A stretch of DNA of 64,000 nt, taken from positions 32,001 to 96,000 of the forward strand of contig CM000435.1 of NCBI GenBank assembly GCA_000165345.1, given 5' to 3'. The translations under genes were made by a program, and so were the position numbers. The notes beneath the pieces are model-generated. The model worked only from the letters and a program-made list of their open reading frames with translations. It was not told where the DNA came from and made no database searches. Positions 1-11,046 of the stretch are shown here, in pieces (position 1 is the stretch's first letter; each line of letters starts with the position of its first letter).

Positions 1-629
1 CCTTGTAATACAGAATCTGATAGAAAGTCAACAAAGTGAGCCAATCCAAAAATTCTTAAAAGACAGCAGGAAATTCCATGGAAGAAAATGACCACAGAAC
101 AAACTTCTGATCTAACATCAAGAGGGGCTCGGTTCCCTATTAGAGTGTCAATCGCTGTGCCTGCAACGATAGATTCCACAGAATTTACCCCAATAGAGAT
201 ATATAGAGAAGACCCAATGAATAAATAGATAATTGGTTGTAAAATTCCATTACAGAGACCCATAGATGGAACTACATTAGCTAAAGAAGAGTATGAGAGA
301 CCCTGCGGAATAGAAAGCGCTGCCTCTGCAAGACCACAAAAAAAATCGCAAATTACATTTGACCAGGTCCATTTTACTTGCTTTAGATATTTTATTCCAA
401 TTAAAGATTCATTCTGGAAAAATGAACGAATGGATTTGATAATAATTGATAAAAAACTTCTCCAACCACTTTTACTTCTTCTGTGAAATCTGTTGTGAAG
501 CTTAAAGTCATTATTAATTTCCTCATTCCTATGTTGATAAAGCGTGAGGAATTCATCCCACTCTTTTGTTAAGCCACTCTTATGTTTAGTCTCTGTATCA
601 TTTATTATTTTCTTATTATTCTCATCCAT
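1..629 (-). CDS. Sulfate permease (SulP/SLC26 family), N-terminal part only; the gene runs off the left edge of the window
   Basis: Minus-strand ATG at 629..627 opens a reading frame that stays open to position 1. It is absent from the ORF track because no stop lies inside the window. The translation contains ...GLAEAALSIPQGLSYSSLANVVPSMGLCNGILQPIIYLFIGSSLYISIGVNSVESIVAGTAID..., which matches the conserved SulP N-terminal TM1-TM3 block (IPQGLAYA...GLY..FIP..IYA.FGSS...IGP.A..SL). Confidence 0.6.
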   Translation of the reverse strand, partial: MDENNKKIINDTETKHKSGLTKEWDEFLTLYQHRNEEINNDFKLHNRFHRRSKSGWRSFLSIIIKSIRSFFQNESLIGIKYLKQVKWTWSNVICDFFCGLAEAALSIPQGLSYSSLANVVPSMGLCNGILQPIIYLFIGSSLYISIGVNSVESIVAGTAIDTLIGNRAPLDVRSEVCSVVIFFHGISCCLLRIFGLAHFVDFLSDSVLQ

Positions 630-1466
630 TTAGATCGATATCTTGAACCTGATCCAAGTTTTATTGCGCATTAATCCGTACTCTACAGTTATCTGATAAG
701 AATAAGGACTATCAAAATCTCATAATAGGTGGAAATCCAACATTAAATCAATCAAAACTAAACAGAAAATTTGTTTTATATCCTTAAAAATTATTTTATA
801 ATCCGAATTTCTATTATAAGCTTTGTGTTCCCTGATTTTATTTTTTTTCCATTGCTTATTTACGTTAAGTGCGTTACCTTGCAAATGCGTCAGTGTCTAC
901 TAAAAAAATGTTAAATTAGAATTGTTTTAAAAATGAAAATAATAATAAATTGATGATGAAAAACATCTATTCAGGATAATGCATATCTTCCATAGATTTA
1001 TTTTGTTTTTGTCTCGAGGTCAAATCTTAGTTTTAGGAAGTTGAAATACGTTGTATATTTTGCGGAATTAGATCTTAAACTTGAATAACTGATTAGCAAA
1101 AAAGCAGATAAGTAAAATTTGTGTGTTAAATGCGAAATTTTAGATTTCATGATTTTATTTCATGCATTGCACGGCTCTTGGAGGCCGTATTAGGCGATGG
1201 TTTCTGGGTATTTCAGCTTACGTAGGCTTCTTGGATTGGGGGCTCAATAATGACAAGGTAATAAGCTGTGTAAGGAGGTAGAACTTAAAAAAGAAAAGGA
1301 TAGAGGTCTGATAAAGTTATAAAAACCATACAGGAAATAGGTTCTATAAAGAAGAAGAAGGAGTTAGAAGATAAGTCATAAAAATGGGAATAAAAAGCAA
1401 ATTTTCCCAAACCCAAAATTGTTTATAAATATAAGACAAAGTAATATAGTTGGTGGCTATTAATAC

Positions 1467-2468
1467 CTACGAGATTTCTTGAATCTCATCATCATCTTGA
1501 AACATTTCAGAATTATCCTGCTCATCATCTAACCCAATAATTTCAATTACAGAGCTTCCAAAAGATTGAGAATTGTCGTTTCCTGGATTCATACAACTTT
1601 CATACCTGGATCTACTAAGCGCATATTGAAATAGGATATCTTCTAGAAGTTGGAATCTGGATTCAGGGCTTCCAGAATTCAAGGAGGCTCTAGCAGCAGC
1701 CAAAAATGTAGAAATGAGTAAGTGTTTGGATTTGAGGTGCTGTAAAAAGCGCTTGCATTCAACCTCAGCATTTTCATCTCCAATATGAACGCAGATAGGA
1801 CACATGGTAGTCATATGGTTACTTTCTTGTTGAGTTTCTGAATATTCGTCTTTGTGCATAGTCTCACAGTGACTAATTAAGGATTCTACGTTATATTTCA
1901 AGCAAGAGCTGTTGGGTATTTTTGAATTCATGAGACATAAAGGGCAGACAAAGGTAGGACCAGTCGTGTTAGAGGTAGTGCGAGTGTTAGAAGGGCCATT
2001 ACTACTTTGAGCTTGAAGATCGTTGTTTACAAAGCTTTGTTTGCTTAGAGAGGCAATCAATTTACTCTCTGAGGTTGGAGAATCGTCTTCTTTGCAGTAG
2101 GAGCATTTAGAAGCGTGGCTATTTGCCTCAGATATAGAAATTTCAGCTCCGCAGTGACATTTAGTCTTTGTCTCATTCATTGACCTTAGAATGCTTTGAT
2201 CCACGAGTTGGTCACTTTTTGACAACCAAAGTTCTTCTTTTAGTAAAGACCGACAAATCGGGCATTCATGAGAGCCCCTGACACACGAAATGCAAAAAGA
2301 ATGAGAGCACGAAAGTGTACAAGGATCTACGAATGCTCCAAGACAAATTGGACACATGAATTGTTCTGGGATTTCAATAAAATCCTTGCTCACATCATTT
2401 TTATCTGTGTCAAGGGCCAGATCAGAGGGTCTTGAAAAGGAGGAAAAAATGTTAGTCCATTCAAACAT
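1467..2468 (-). CDS. RING-HC zinc-finger protein (putative E3 ubiquitin ligase) with additional C-terminal Cys/His zinc-finger-like motifs
   Basis: Intact 333-aa ORF with ATG at 2468..2466. RING motif CPICLGAFVDPCTLSCSHSFCISCV....CPICR near the N-terminus. Further CxxC...HC modules (CHCGAEI...CSYC, CPLC, CPIC...CKRFLQH) and an acidic C-terminal tail. Confidence 0.7.
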   Translation of the reverse strand: MFEWTNIFSSFSRPSDLALDTDKNDVSKDFIEIPEQFMCPICLGAFVDPCTLSCSHSFCISCVRGSHECPICRSLLKEELWLSKSDQLVDQSILRSMNETKTKCHCGAEISISEANSHASKCSYCKEDDSPTSESKLIASLSKQSFVNNDLQAQSSNGPSNTRTTSNTTGPTFVCPLCLMNSKIPNSSCLKYNVESLISHCETMHKDEYSETQQESNHMTTMCPICVHIGDENAEVECKRFLQHLKSKHLLISTFLAAARASLNSGSPESRFQLLEDILFQYALSRSRYESCMNPGNDNSQSFGSSVIEIIGLDDEQDNSEMFQDDDEIQEIS

Positions 2469-2559
2469 TTCAATTTCAAAAGCTCCACCACATTCAACCT
2501 CTTATTTCAGTTGGAAATAAATACAGAATTTTTGCTTTTAATAATTAATTACACCTAGA

Positions 2560-2640
2560 TTTTGAGACCGCGCGCGCGTTTCCCAGAATACACGTTGTGC
2601 TGCAGCTACCAGTTGCATCTCCGCTCGCGGAAATACTGGT
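2560..2640. promoter_or_regulatory. Isolated GC-rich island (GCGCGCGCG ... CTCGCGGAAAT) in the divergent intergenic region between the RING gene (-) and the sortilin gene (+); candidate bidirectional promoter element
   Basis: Sequence: gaccgcgcgcgcgtttcccag...gcatctccgctcgcggaaatactgg. It lies about 95-170 bp upstream of the RING ATG (2468) and about 480-560 bp upstream of the sortilin ATG (3119). The flanks are more than 75% AT. CGCGGAAA resembles the E2F-type core TTTCC(C/G)CG. Confidence 0.3.
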
Positions 2641-3118
2641 AAATATAATTAAACAAGTTGAGAGCGGAAGGGAAGTAGTTAGTTTGTGGGGAATATTGTT
2701 TTTTTGTTATTTTTCATATTGTAACTACATTTTAGCAGAACCTCTAGAAGGCTATAAATAGATAATGCGAATGAAAAGTACGGTCTGTGAGTGCTTAGAT
2801 AATCTTAAGATAACTGTAAAGGGTTTAGTTAAAAGGGAAAATAGTGTTTAGCTGCTTTATGCCTTAAAATTATAAACTCTCAATATCTAGTTGATATTTT
2901 AGATAATTAAAAAAATTAAAAAAATATTTTCCTATGAAAATAATAGCTGGAGAATTGGCGGTAAAAATGGGTATATCTCCAACGAATTATCATTTAAATT
3001 AAATTAAAGAATTGGTGGGGCTAGAAGACTATGTAAAGGAATTTATATAGTAATCGGTAGAAAAGGAACTTATTTATTGAATAATTGACTGAGAAAGAGA
3101 GATAGAAAGAGAATTATT

Positions 3119-6100
3119 ATGAAATTAAGAATAGCAGCATTTAAGGTGCTGGTAGTAGTTAAGCTACTTTCGATTCTAGGTTTTGGGACTAATTATGGGC
3201 TTGTTAACGCAGATAAAAAAGTTAGTGTGAGCGAAATAGTATTTGAGAGCCCAATAGAAACTTTGGAATGGGCAGGTACGGACCATAATGTGGTTATTGC
3301 AAAGACGCAAAAAGGTCATGTCTACAGATCAACCAATAGAGGTAAGAACTGGAGAGATATCACTGATGTTTTTGCAAAGATGACCTCACACTCATCTTCT
3401 TCAAGTCATTCCAACCTAAATGGGTTTTCTGTTAAGTCAATTACTATAAATCCTGTCGACAAAAATGTCATATTGATAGTAGGCTCAAAGCATACCCATT
3501 TTATATCATCAAATGCAGGAGAGACTTTTAGAAGAATATCCCACTCAGGTACTATTCATACATGGATATTTCATCCAAACAAAGCCAAACTCGCTTTATT
3601 TTCTTCTTGGACTGAAGGATGTAACAAATCTTTTCTTCAAACCTTAAAGAAAAGTAGTTCGGCTGGAAATAAGTGTATACATCAATTATTTGTTACAAAA
3701 GATTTAGGTGCTACATATCATAAAGTTATTGACTATGTAGTTCAATTCCATTGGGATGGCAATAACAAATCAAACCAAAATAGGATTTTCTTTACTCACC
3801 ACAGAAAGAAACAGGGAGATCAACCTAGATATGGTGGTTGGATGAAGACCATAGATTTTTCTTATACTGACGATTTTGGTAGTCATATCGAGACTCCAGT
3901 TAAAGGAGGAAATAAATTCTTGGCGTCAAATGGCTATATCTTCGTTGCCAGGATACTTGACTACGAGAGACAAACTGTGTCACTACTTGTATCTACAAAC
4001 GATGCAAATTCTTTTACACAGGTTCAGCTACCGCATACATTGACAGAGAAAAGCTATACTATTTTGGATACTTCAGAAAAGACTGTAATGCTTCATGTTA
4101 ATCATGGAGAAGATTCTTTGAAGGGTACTGGTAATATTTATATAAGTAACTATTTGGGTACCAGGTTTGCTCTGTCTTTATTGAATAACGTTAGAACTGC
4201 AACAGGAGAGTGTGAATTTGATAGAGTTATGTCTTTAGAAGGAGTTTATATTGCTAATGTTAAGGATGATGAACTTGAAAATGACCTTGACCATATTTCT
4301 ACAACTTTACATGAATTTACAGAATCAGAGACAGAGGATGAGGATGTAGAAACTTTAAAAACCGAACATAAAACTAAAATAGGAAAAGTAGATCAGCCAG
4401 TCAGAACTGTAATTACTTTTGATAAGGGTGGTGAATGGAATTATTTAAAAGCTCCAACTATTGATAGTAGAGGAAATAGGATAAATTGTGACGAAAGTGA
4501 TGGATGCTATTTACATCTTCATGGTGTAAGCAATTATCAAAGCTTGGCTCCATTTTACTCTGTTGAGAATGCTGTTGGTATAATTCTTGGAACAGGCAAT
4601 GTAGGTAGCTATTTATCCTTTGACCATGATGATATCAATACCTACATGTCCAGAGATGGAGGTCTCACTTGGCAAGAAGTGCACAAAGGAGCTTTCATTT
4701 ACGAGCTCGGTGATTTTGGAGGTCTTATCGTAATGGCTAATGATCTTAAGCATACGAACCAAGTTATTTTCAGCTGGAATGAAGGTTTATCTTGGTATGA
4801 TTTTGAGCTAGGTAGCAAAACACTACAAGTTGATAACATTTTAATAGAGCCAAATAGCTCTTCTATGGAGTTTTTACTTTATGGTTCAAGGGGTAAATCT
4901 GGAGTCTTATACCATTTAGACTTTAATACTCTTGGACAAGTTCAATGCGTAGGAGCAACAACTCCAGATAGACCGGATTCTGATTATGAGACTTGGAGTC
5001 CATATGACGGAAGGAATTCGGAAAAGTGTATGTTGGGTAAACAACTTGTATACACGAGAAAGAAACAGACAGCAGAGTGTTACAATGGTCAAGACTTTAG
5101 AAGACCCGTGGAAAAGAAGCGTTGTGCATGTTCTGAAGAGGACTTCACATGTGAATTTGGGTTTTCCAGGCAAATTGGTAGTTTTGAATGTAGACCTGAA
5201 AGTCTTGATATTGTTTTTGACGATGTCAAGTTTGGGCAATGCACATCATCTGGAATATTTTATGTAACTGCTTATAGGAAGCTCCCTGGAGACGATTGTA
5301 TTGGTGGTTGGCTACCTCCACCAGTAGCAATACCATGCCCAAGCCACGCTCCCACAAGTTCTCATGCTAGAATTGTCCTGGTGATTGCATTATTTATTAT
5401 TATTTTCATGCTTAAACAGGGAATGTTTGGGGATTGGACTAGATTTGGTGAATTAGGATACGACGCATATAGAAATGTTCAGTATAAAGTATTAGGAGTG
5501 GCAAAAAGAAGGAGTTCTTCATTACAAGGAATTTTGAGTGCTATTTCTGCATATATTAACGGAGATTCATCCAAAGTTGTCTTTGGGTCATCAAATATAC
5601 CAGGGTCTCCCCCCGGTACGAAGAAAAATAACTATACAACTCTAAACAACTTTAATACAGACAACATGTTTATGGAGGATGATGAAGATGAAGACGACCA
5701 TGCTATTGGTAATATGACCAAAATATCTGGAAATATTAATAACATCAAAAGTAACAATTATAACAGTAGAATTGGTTCAGGGTCAAACCTCTCACAAAGG
5801 CAAAGATCAAACAGCAATAATTATATTTCTGCAGGCCAAGATAATGTATCAGTAGATCCAATTTTTGACGATCTTGATGTATTTGAGGAAGACTTGGATT
5901 CGCATGCAATTTTTAATCAAAACAATGGATTGGGTAATTTGAATCCTAACCACGATATTATATCGTCTGAGGCTCCTATCAGTTTTGATAATTTCAATCC
6001 AACAGAATTGGAAATCAATCTATCTTCAATTCCTAATACATCTTTCCCAAAGATCACTCCTCCACCAACAAACAACAATAAATCTAATATTGGAAACAAC

Positions 6101-6139
6101 TTTAATCAAGACAACTCCAGTGGAATTGAACTATTGTAG
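3119..6139 (+). CDS. Sortilin / VPS10-domain sorting receptor (type I membrane protein)
   Basis: 1006-aa intron-less ORF with an ATG start and an N-terminal hydrophobic signal peptide. It contains BNR/Asp-box-like beta-propeller repeats (e.g. SxDGGxTW: SRDGGLTWQEV) and the 10CC Cys-rich module (CMLGKQ...CYNGQDF...CACSEEDFTCEFGF...CRPE). A single TM segment (RIVLVIALFIIIFML) is followed by a cytoplasmic tail. Confidence 0.85.
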   Translation: MKLRIAAFKVLVVVKLLSILGFGTNYGLVNADKKVSVSEIVFESPIETLEWAGTDHNVVIAKTQKGHVYRSTNRGKNWRDITDVFAKMTSHSSSSSHSNLNGFSVKSITINPVDKNVILIVGSKHTHFISSNAGETFRRISHSGTIHTWIFHPNKAKLALFSSWTEGCNKSFLQTLKKSSSAGNKCIHQLFVTKDLGATYHKVIDYVVQFHWDGNNKSNQNRIFFTHHRKKQGDQPRYGGWMKTIDFSYTDDFGSHIETPVKGGNKFLASNGYIFVARILDYERQTVSLLVSTNDANSFTQVQLPHTLTEKSYTILDTSEKTVMLHVNHGEDSLKGTGNIYISNYLGTRFALSLLNNVRTATGECEFDRVMSLEGVYIANVKDDELENDLDHISTTLHEFTESETEDEDVETLKTEHKTKIGKVDQPVRTVITFDKGGEWNYLKAPTIDSRGNRINCDESDGCYLHLHGVSNYQSLAPFYSVENAVGIILGTGNVGSYLSFDHDDINTYMSRDGGLTWQEVHKGAFIYELGDFGGLIVMANDLKHTNQVIFSWNEGLSWYDFELGSKTLQVDNILIEPNSSSMEFLLYGSRGKSGVLYHLDFNTLGQVQCVGATTPDRPDSDYETWSPYDGRNSEKCMLGKQLVYTRKKQTAECYNGQDFRRPVEKKRCACSEEDFTCEFGFSRQIGSFECRPESLDIVFDDVKFGQCTSSGIFYVTAYRKLPGDDCIGGWLPPPVAIPCPSHAPTSSHARIVLVIALFIIIFMLKQGMFGDWTRFGELGYDAYRNVQYKVLGVAKRRSSSLQGILSAISAYINGDSSKVVFGSSNIPGSPPGTKKNNYTTLNNFNTDNMFMEDDEDEDDHAIGNMTKISGNINNIKSNNYNSRIGSGSNLSQRQRSNSNNYISAGQDNVSVDPIFDDLDVFEEDLDSHAIFNQNNGLGNLNPNHDIISSEAPISFDNFNPTELEINLSSIPNTSFPKITPPPTNNNKSNIGNNFNQDNSSGIELL

Positions 6140-6544
6140 TTTTTAGTGGGCATTATTATATTCCACCTTTTTTCATTAAATTAATTGTCAAGCATGTAAT
6201 CTTTTTTAACAAAAGATTGTTTACTATAAATGCTCACTACGTTTTGATTTCTTACCGCCATCCACACTGCATAAAATTAATGTTACGGTACTTGGATGAT
6301 TTCATACATTTATTTCTCGCTAAAACAAGAGCAAACCTATAAATTGTTTTAATTTAATTATTGAAAACTGACATTAATATATTAGTTATTCAGTTAATGA
6401 TAAGTAATAGAACTAAAATTCACTAATACTTACTAAGTTTATTGCTAGAGTCAATTAGTTGACAAAGGAGCTTAGTTTCGTCTAATATTAAATTTTTGAA
6501 CTCTTAATATTATCCGAATTTTATGAAAGGACGAATAGGATTGG

Positions 6545-7650
6545 CTATACCTTTGTGGTGATTTTTTTAATTACTGTCTTGTACTTGTCTGTGTTTCTCT
6601 TTAAAATATCTTCAATAGGGCCTAAAACTCTTTTGAATGCCTTTCTGTCAAGATAAGCAACTTTACATCTTCCTCGTGCCTTAACTGTAGCAGCTCTCGG
6701 CGCGTTTCTTAATAAAGCCAGTTCTCCAAAATAATCACCTCTCTTGTAGCTCATCACTTCAACGTTGTCTTTAAGAGCTACAGCATTACCTGTAATGATT
6801 AAGTAAAATGTATCTCCCTGTTCTCCTTGCTTGATGATTTCTTGTCCATCCTCAAAGATTGAACTCTTTAAGACCATAGTTAACTTGTTCAATTCATAAA
6901 CATCCATAGTCTTAAGTATTTCAACTTCTTTAAGGAAGGTTTCGTAAGTACTAATTCTCTTTGATGCTGAACCCTTAACTATGTGATTAAATGTTTCTCT
7001 ATCTAAGGCCCATAACAAACAATCAGTTTTTGCAACAACGCTTGCTGCTCTTGGGCAGTTATACAAAAGAGCTAGTTCTCCAAATGCATCTCCAGGGTTT
7101 AGGTCGCAAAGATGTTTCCTTGGCTCAGTACTAGTTTTTTTGTAGCACTCCACTACTCCTTGATCTATTATATATAATTTATCTCCATTATCGCCTTGAG
7201 TTATAATTTCAGTGTCCTTCTTTACTGAAGTTTCCACGCAAGCTAAAATTACTGTTTTCAATTCATCATCATCTAAACTCGTAAACATAAAGCTTTCTAA
7301 CAGCTTTTCACGAATACGCTTTTCCTGCTCCTTTGTTTTTGGGTAGCTTGGAGGAGTAAAATCCTTCATCTTGTTCCATGCACCATAAGCTTCAGCGCTC
7401 ACACTTGTTCTGGGCCCTCTGGCTAAGAAGTTCTTTGGTATTTCAATATTATCTCTTACATCATCACTATCCGATTCACTTTCTGATCCCGAAGATGTTC
7501 CGCTAGTCTTTTTCCTTTTATCCTCCTTCCCAGAGGACTTCTTTGGATGTACTGCATCCACACTGGAAGCACTATAAAAATTTTAAAAATTAATAATTTA
7601 CATTTATTATACGTAGATATTCTTACTTACCATGGACATATAAACCCCAT
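6545..7650 (-). CDS. cAMP-dependent protein kinase regulatory subunit (PKA-R). Two exons: join(6545..7571, 7631..7650) on the minus strand
   Basis: Two tandem cyclic-nucleotide-binding domains (FGELALLYNCPRAASVVA and FGELALLRNAPRAATVKA) and the inhibitor-site-like RRTSV region (ARGPRTSVSAEA). The ORF-track entry starts at a GTG, so I looked upstream. A 20-nt exon (rc of 7631..7650, ATGGGGTTTATATGTCCATG) is followed by a GTAAGT donor (7630..7625) and a ...TTTTTATAG acceptor. The 59-nt intron (7572..7630) joins in phase to give N-terminus MGFICPCASSVDAVHPKK... Confidence 0.75.
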
Positions 7651-8571
7651 TTTCGCTCTTTATGTTTATAGTAAATACTATCTATAAATATATTTTAATA
7701 TATATAATTTATTAATTCTGAATCCGCTATTGTCCTTCCTACTATGATACTCTCAGTAGAGTCTCGTTCGGATTACTACCGTTTCTCCTTACCCTCTTAT
7801 ATTCTTAAGAATTGTTTTCTATTGGGAATTCCAAACCTGTGCATTTTACATTCCGTATATTTACAATTGCGTACAACTTTTTAGTACTATGCGTATGATG
7901 ACGTGTCTTTTTTGAAGAAAAATTTATATGTAAATCCAAAAATAGCGAGACAACAATTAAGACCTACAGTTTCATTTTTAGGAATCTGCTTGTTTTTTTA
8001 CTAAATTATTCAAATCTAATTTTAAATTTCTGATATCTTGTCGTATTGCAAATTTCTTGCTTGCATGTAAATCCTGCATGCATAGTGATTTCTACATACC
8101 GGCATCAATCTAAAAGCGTAGGAAGAGAGGGGCAAAAAAAAAAGGCAGATTTGAGTTATTATGTATTAAATGTCCAGTACAATAACAACCTTGGGACTTC
8201 AGCTGATACTAACACCTGTATTAAGACAACACATATAATGTATAGAGGTCTTTGATACAGTCAATTTTTGAGTAATAGCCTCAAAATCCCGAGATATGAA
8301 TTGTTCATCTCAACTAAACTAGCTGAAAACCTATGTTTTTAAGTCTAACTAAGATCTGACTTTAGTGTCCTTCAATTATACAGAATTTAAAACTTGATAA
8401 GTAGCATCTGTAGCGGCATGCCAATAAACCATCACCTTATATTACGTTGTTATCTACATGGTAGTCTTCGTATGCATTCACAAACATTCTATATAAGAGA
8501 TCAAGCACTCCCATGAATATTTGTTCACAAAACAAGGAAACCGAGTAGAAACAATCGTATTGGGTAACGAT

Positions 8572-9361
8572 TTACAAACGACGACCACGTCTACCACCTT
8601 TTCTTCTGGTGCTATCAGTTGGAATTGGAGTAACATCCTCGATACGGCCAATCTTCATTCCAGCACGAGCTAAAGCTCTAAGAGCTGATTGAGCTCCCGG
8701 ACCCATTGTCTTTGACTTGACTCCACCAACAGCTCTGAGCTTAATATGTAAAGCATGAATTCCGAATTCCTTGCATTTTTGAGCAACATCAACAGCTGCC
8801 ATCATAGCTGCATATGGAGAGTTTTCATCACGATCTGCTTTAACCTTCATTCCACCAGTAACTCTTACGATGGTTTCTCTTCCTGACAAGTCAGTTACGT
8901 GAATGAATGTATCATTGAAAGAGGCGAATATATGAGCCACAGCGAAGTTTGTTTGTCCCTCACGAACCTAAATAAATTTTAAAAAATCAGTTATTCATGT
9001 TCAAATTATACCATCAATATTATAGAGTTTCGTCCAGAATGACCTAGTTCGATGATCTAAGCAAATAATCCCTGATCATATATATATTACTTTAGTATCG
9101 CAAAAACCAGTAAAGTGACGGATTATTTTGATACTTTTGTTTAAGTACAGAGAGTGATATCTCATTTGTACAAAGACAGAAAATTTTAGGGACTTGCATT
9201 TAATTGCCTAGTCATTAAACTATAGAATTGAAAACAGAATTAAAAAAAAACTCTGACTCAATTCATAGTCATAACATCTATATACACTCCACTCCAATAT
9301 AACAACTTACCTGCTGGAATGGGACATCAGCAACTTGAGTTTCCTTCTTCTTTGGAGCCAT
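8572..9361 (-). CDS. RPS14: 40S ribosomal protein S14 (uS11). Two exons: join(8572..8967, 9311..9361) on the minus strand
   Basis: Exon 1 (51 nt) encodes [17 protein letters not shown] and ends at a GTAAGT donor (9310..9305). A 343-nt intron ends in TTATTTAG, and exon 2 resumes [48 protein letters not shown]...[10 protein letters not shown] with a TAA stop. This is near-universal uS11 sequence. The ORF-track entry begins at an internal GTG. Confidence 0.9.
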
Positions 9362-9780
9362 TTTACCGTTGATTATCTCAAATTTCAGCTATTATGAGAA
9401 AAATTAATGTTGCAATTTGCTTAATTACAACTGGTAACGAATTATCGATGTTTCCTTATTTTGCTTTTTTTTCGGAGACAGACTTATTTTAACAGGCGCC
9501 AATTTTAATATTATTAATATTAATAATTATTAGACAGGCCAAATATAACTTCTGTCCGCATTATTACATTAATTTTTATGTCAAAAGTTATAATAAATCA
9601 GCGCCAATCTTTTCCTAATATGACCTTAAAATTCACTTTTGAAGACGTATCATTTATTTATTATAGAATATATTGGGGCCTAGACGGGAAAAATGGTAAA
9701 GCAAATGTAGCTATAGTATAGAGGCATGAAAAAACTGAGAAAATTTATTACAAGTATTTAAAAAATGTTAAGAGATCTAA

Positions 9781-10794
9781 TTAGTTATTTTTGTGTGTTT
9801 TGTCATTAAATATAAATTTTGAAAGTTTGTATACCAAATTTAATCTAGAAAACACTTTATATACTATTAATGTCAATGTAATACTTAATAAGATGGATCC
9901 AATTATTTGGAAGAATAGTATTGGGAGCCCAAATTTGAAATATTCGAGTTCTAGGAACATTTAATTAGTGACCGTGATACCCCTTGACATTGGTTTTAGA
10001 ACTTACCTATATTTAGCAAGATGTTCTTAGATTGTATTTGCTTATCATAAGATACATTCTTTAACTTTGCGACCACTTTAAAAGTCACAAATTGTTGACC
10101 TTGTTGGTCATAACTTAGAAATTTTTGCTATTATTGTTAATTAGTTTTTGTATTTAAAATATAAAAACTTACTTTTTGGCTGTTAAGTAATTCATTATTT
10201 GTGAAAACTAGAGAACTTGGAAGTACTTTATCAAGTATTTTATCTAAAAAACTTTGAGATATATTATATTCTGAAGTTCATTAATTTGAAAATAATTTAT
10301 TAATTTTGTATTTTGCTATATAAACTCACTTTCTTCAGAAATTAATGGGATTATATTAAATTCTCCTTGAGGATCCTATAATATTTGTGAATTCTCTCAT
10401 TTCAAAACAAATTAACCATCTCCACTCGAGAACTTACTGGCCCAGCAGAAAAGCATTCAAATTGGTATCTTCCATCAATGAGATCTTTCTTATTCACATT
10501 TATTATTAATGGATAATCTTATATTCAAGAATGAATTGTCAAGTTACACAATAATTGATCAATATTACTTACTTATATTCATTTTAATGCCATAATATGG
10601 CTTTCCTGGCAAAATTATAATATTATTCTCCATACCAGACTTAGAAAAGAAACCCAGTAATTATCATGTTTAACAATTAATGTTTTGTCTTATTATTATC
10701 TTACCTTGTCCAATGGCCTTTCAGACTTGGAAAATAAGACCAAAAAGGTGCTAATTAAGAATAGGTAAGCAGAGAACCTGCTTATAACTTTCAT
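9781..10794 (-). CDS. Seven-exon gene for a ~223-aa small type-I membrane protein (signal peptide plus one C-terminal TM); family unassigned; absent from the ORF track
   Basis: Hand-spliced on the minus strand: join(9781..9950, 10007..10127, 10173..10270, 10330..10375, 10438..10517, 10573..10639, 10705..10794). Every donor is GTAAG(T/A) or GTGAGT and every acceptor is YAG. Introns are 45-65 nt and the phase is continuous. Protein: MKVISRFSAYLFLISTFLVLFSKSERPLDK|SGMENNIIILPGKPYYGIKMNI|NYPLIINVNKKDLIDGRYQFECFSAGP|DPQGEFNIIPLISEE|KYNISQSFLDKILDKVLPSSLVFTNNELLNSQK|QKFLSYDQQGQQFVTFKVVAKLKNVSYDKQIQSKNILLNI|ELEYFKFGLPILFFQIIGSILLSITLTLIVYKVFSRL...KNN*. Confidence 0.45.
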
Positions 10795-11046
10795 TATGAA
10801 ATCCTAATTTAACTTTGGTTACTTTTTTGTATCTATTCTTCAGGTATATATTATTCCAATTTTTTTGTGTGGCTATAATTTGTGTGTTTTCCTAACAAAT
10901 ATACCGTTATAGGGGGAAAAAAAATACCGGTATTTAATCAATTGTGTGAAACCGAAATTTTTTTTATTTAAATATATTTTTAACCCAAATCAATCGAAAA
11001 AATTAAATATATAGGAAATCCAACAGGTAAAAAAATTCACTATGAA

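Noticed and set aside
4916-5267. Short ORFs (60-165 aa) nested in or antisense to the long genes, for example 4916..5239, 4986..5267, 35576..36073, 38267..38548, 54445..55601 and 21767..22177
   Set aside because: All lie wholly inside better-supported CDSs or on their opposite strand. They have low-complexity or Ser/Leu-rich translations, which is typical of antisense reading of AT-rich coding DNA, and they have no motifs of their own. Several start with non-ATG codons.
9781-10794. Assigning the seven-exon membrane protein to the p24/emp24 GOLD family
   Set aside because: The topology fits (signal peptide, ~190-aa lumenal part, TM, short tail). But the protein has a single Cys instead of the conserved GOLD disulfide pair, and the juxtamembrane region is not a coiled coil. 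The family is therefore left open.
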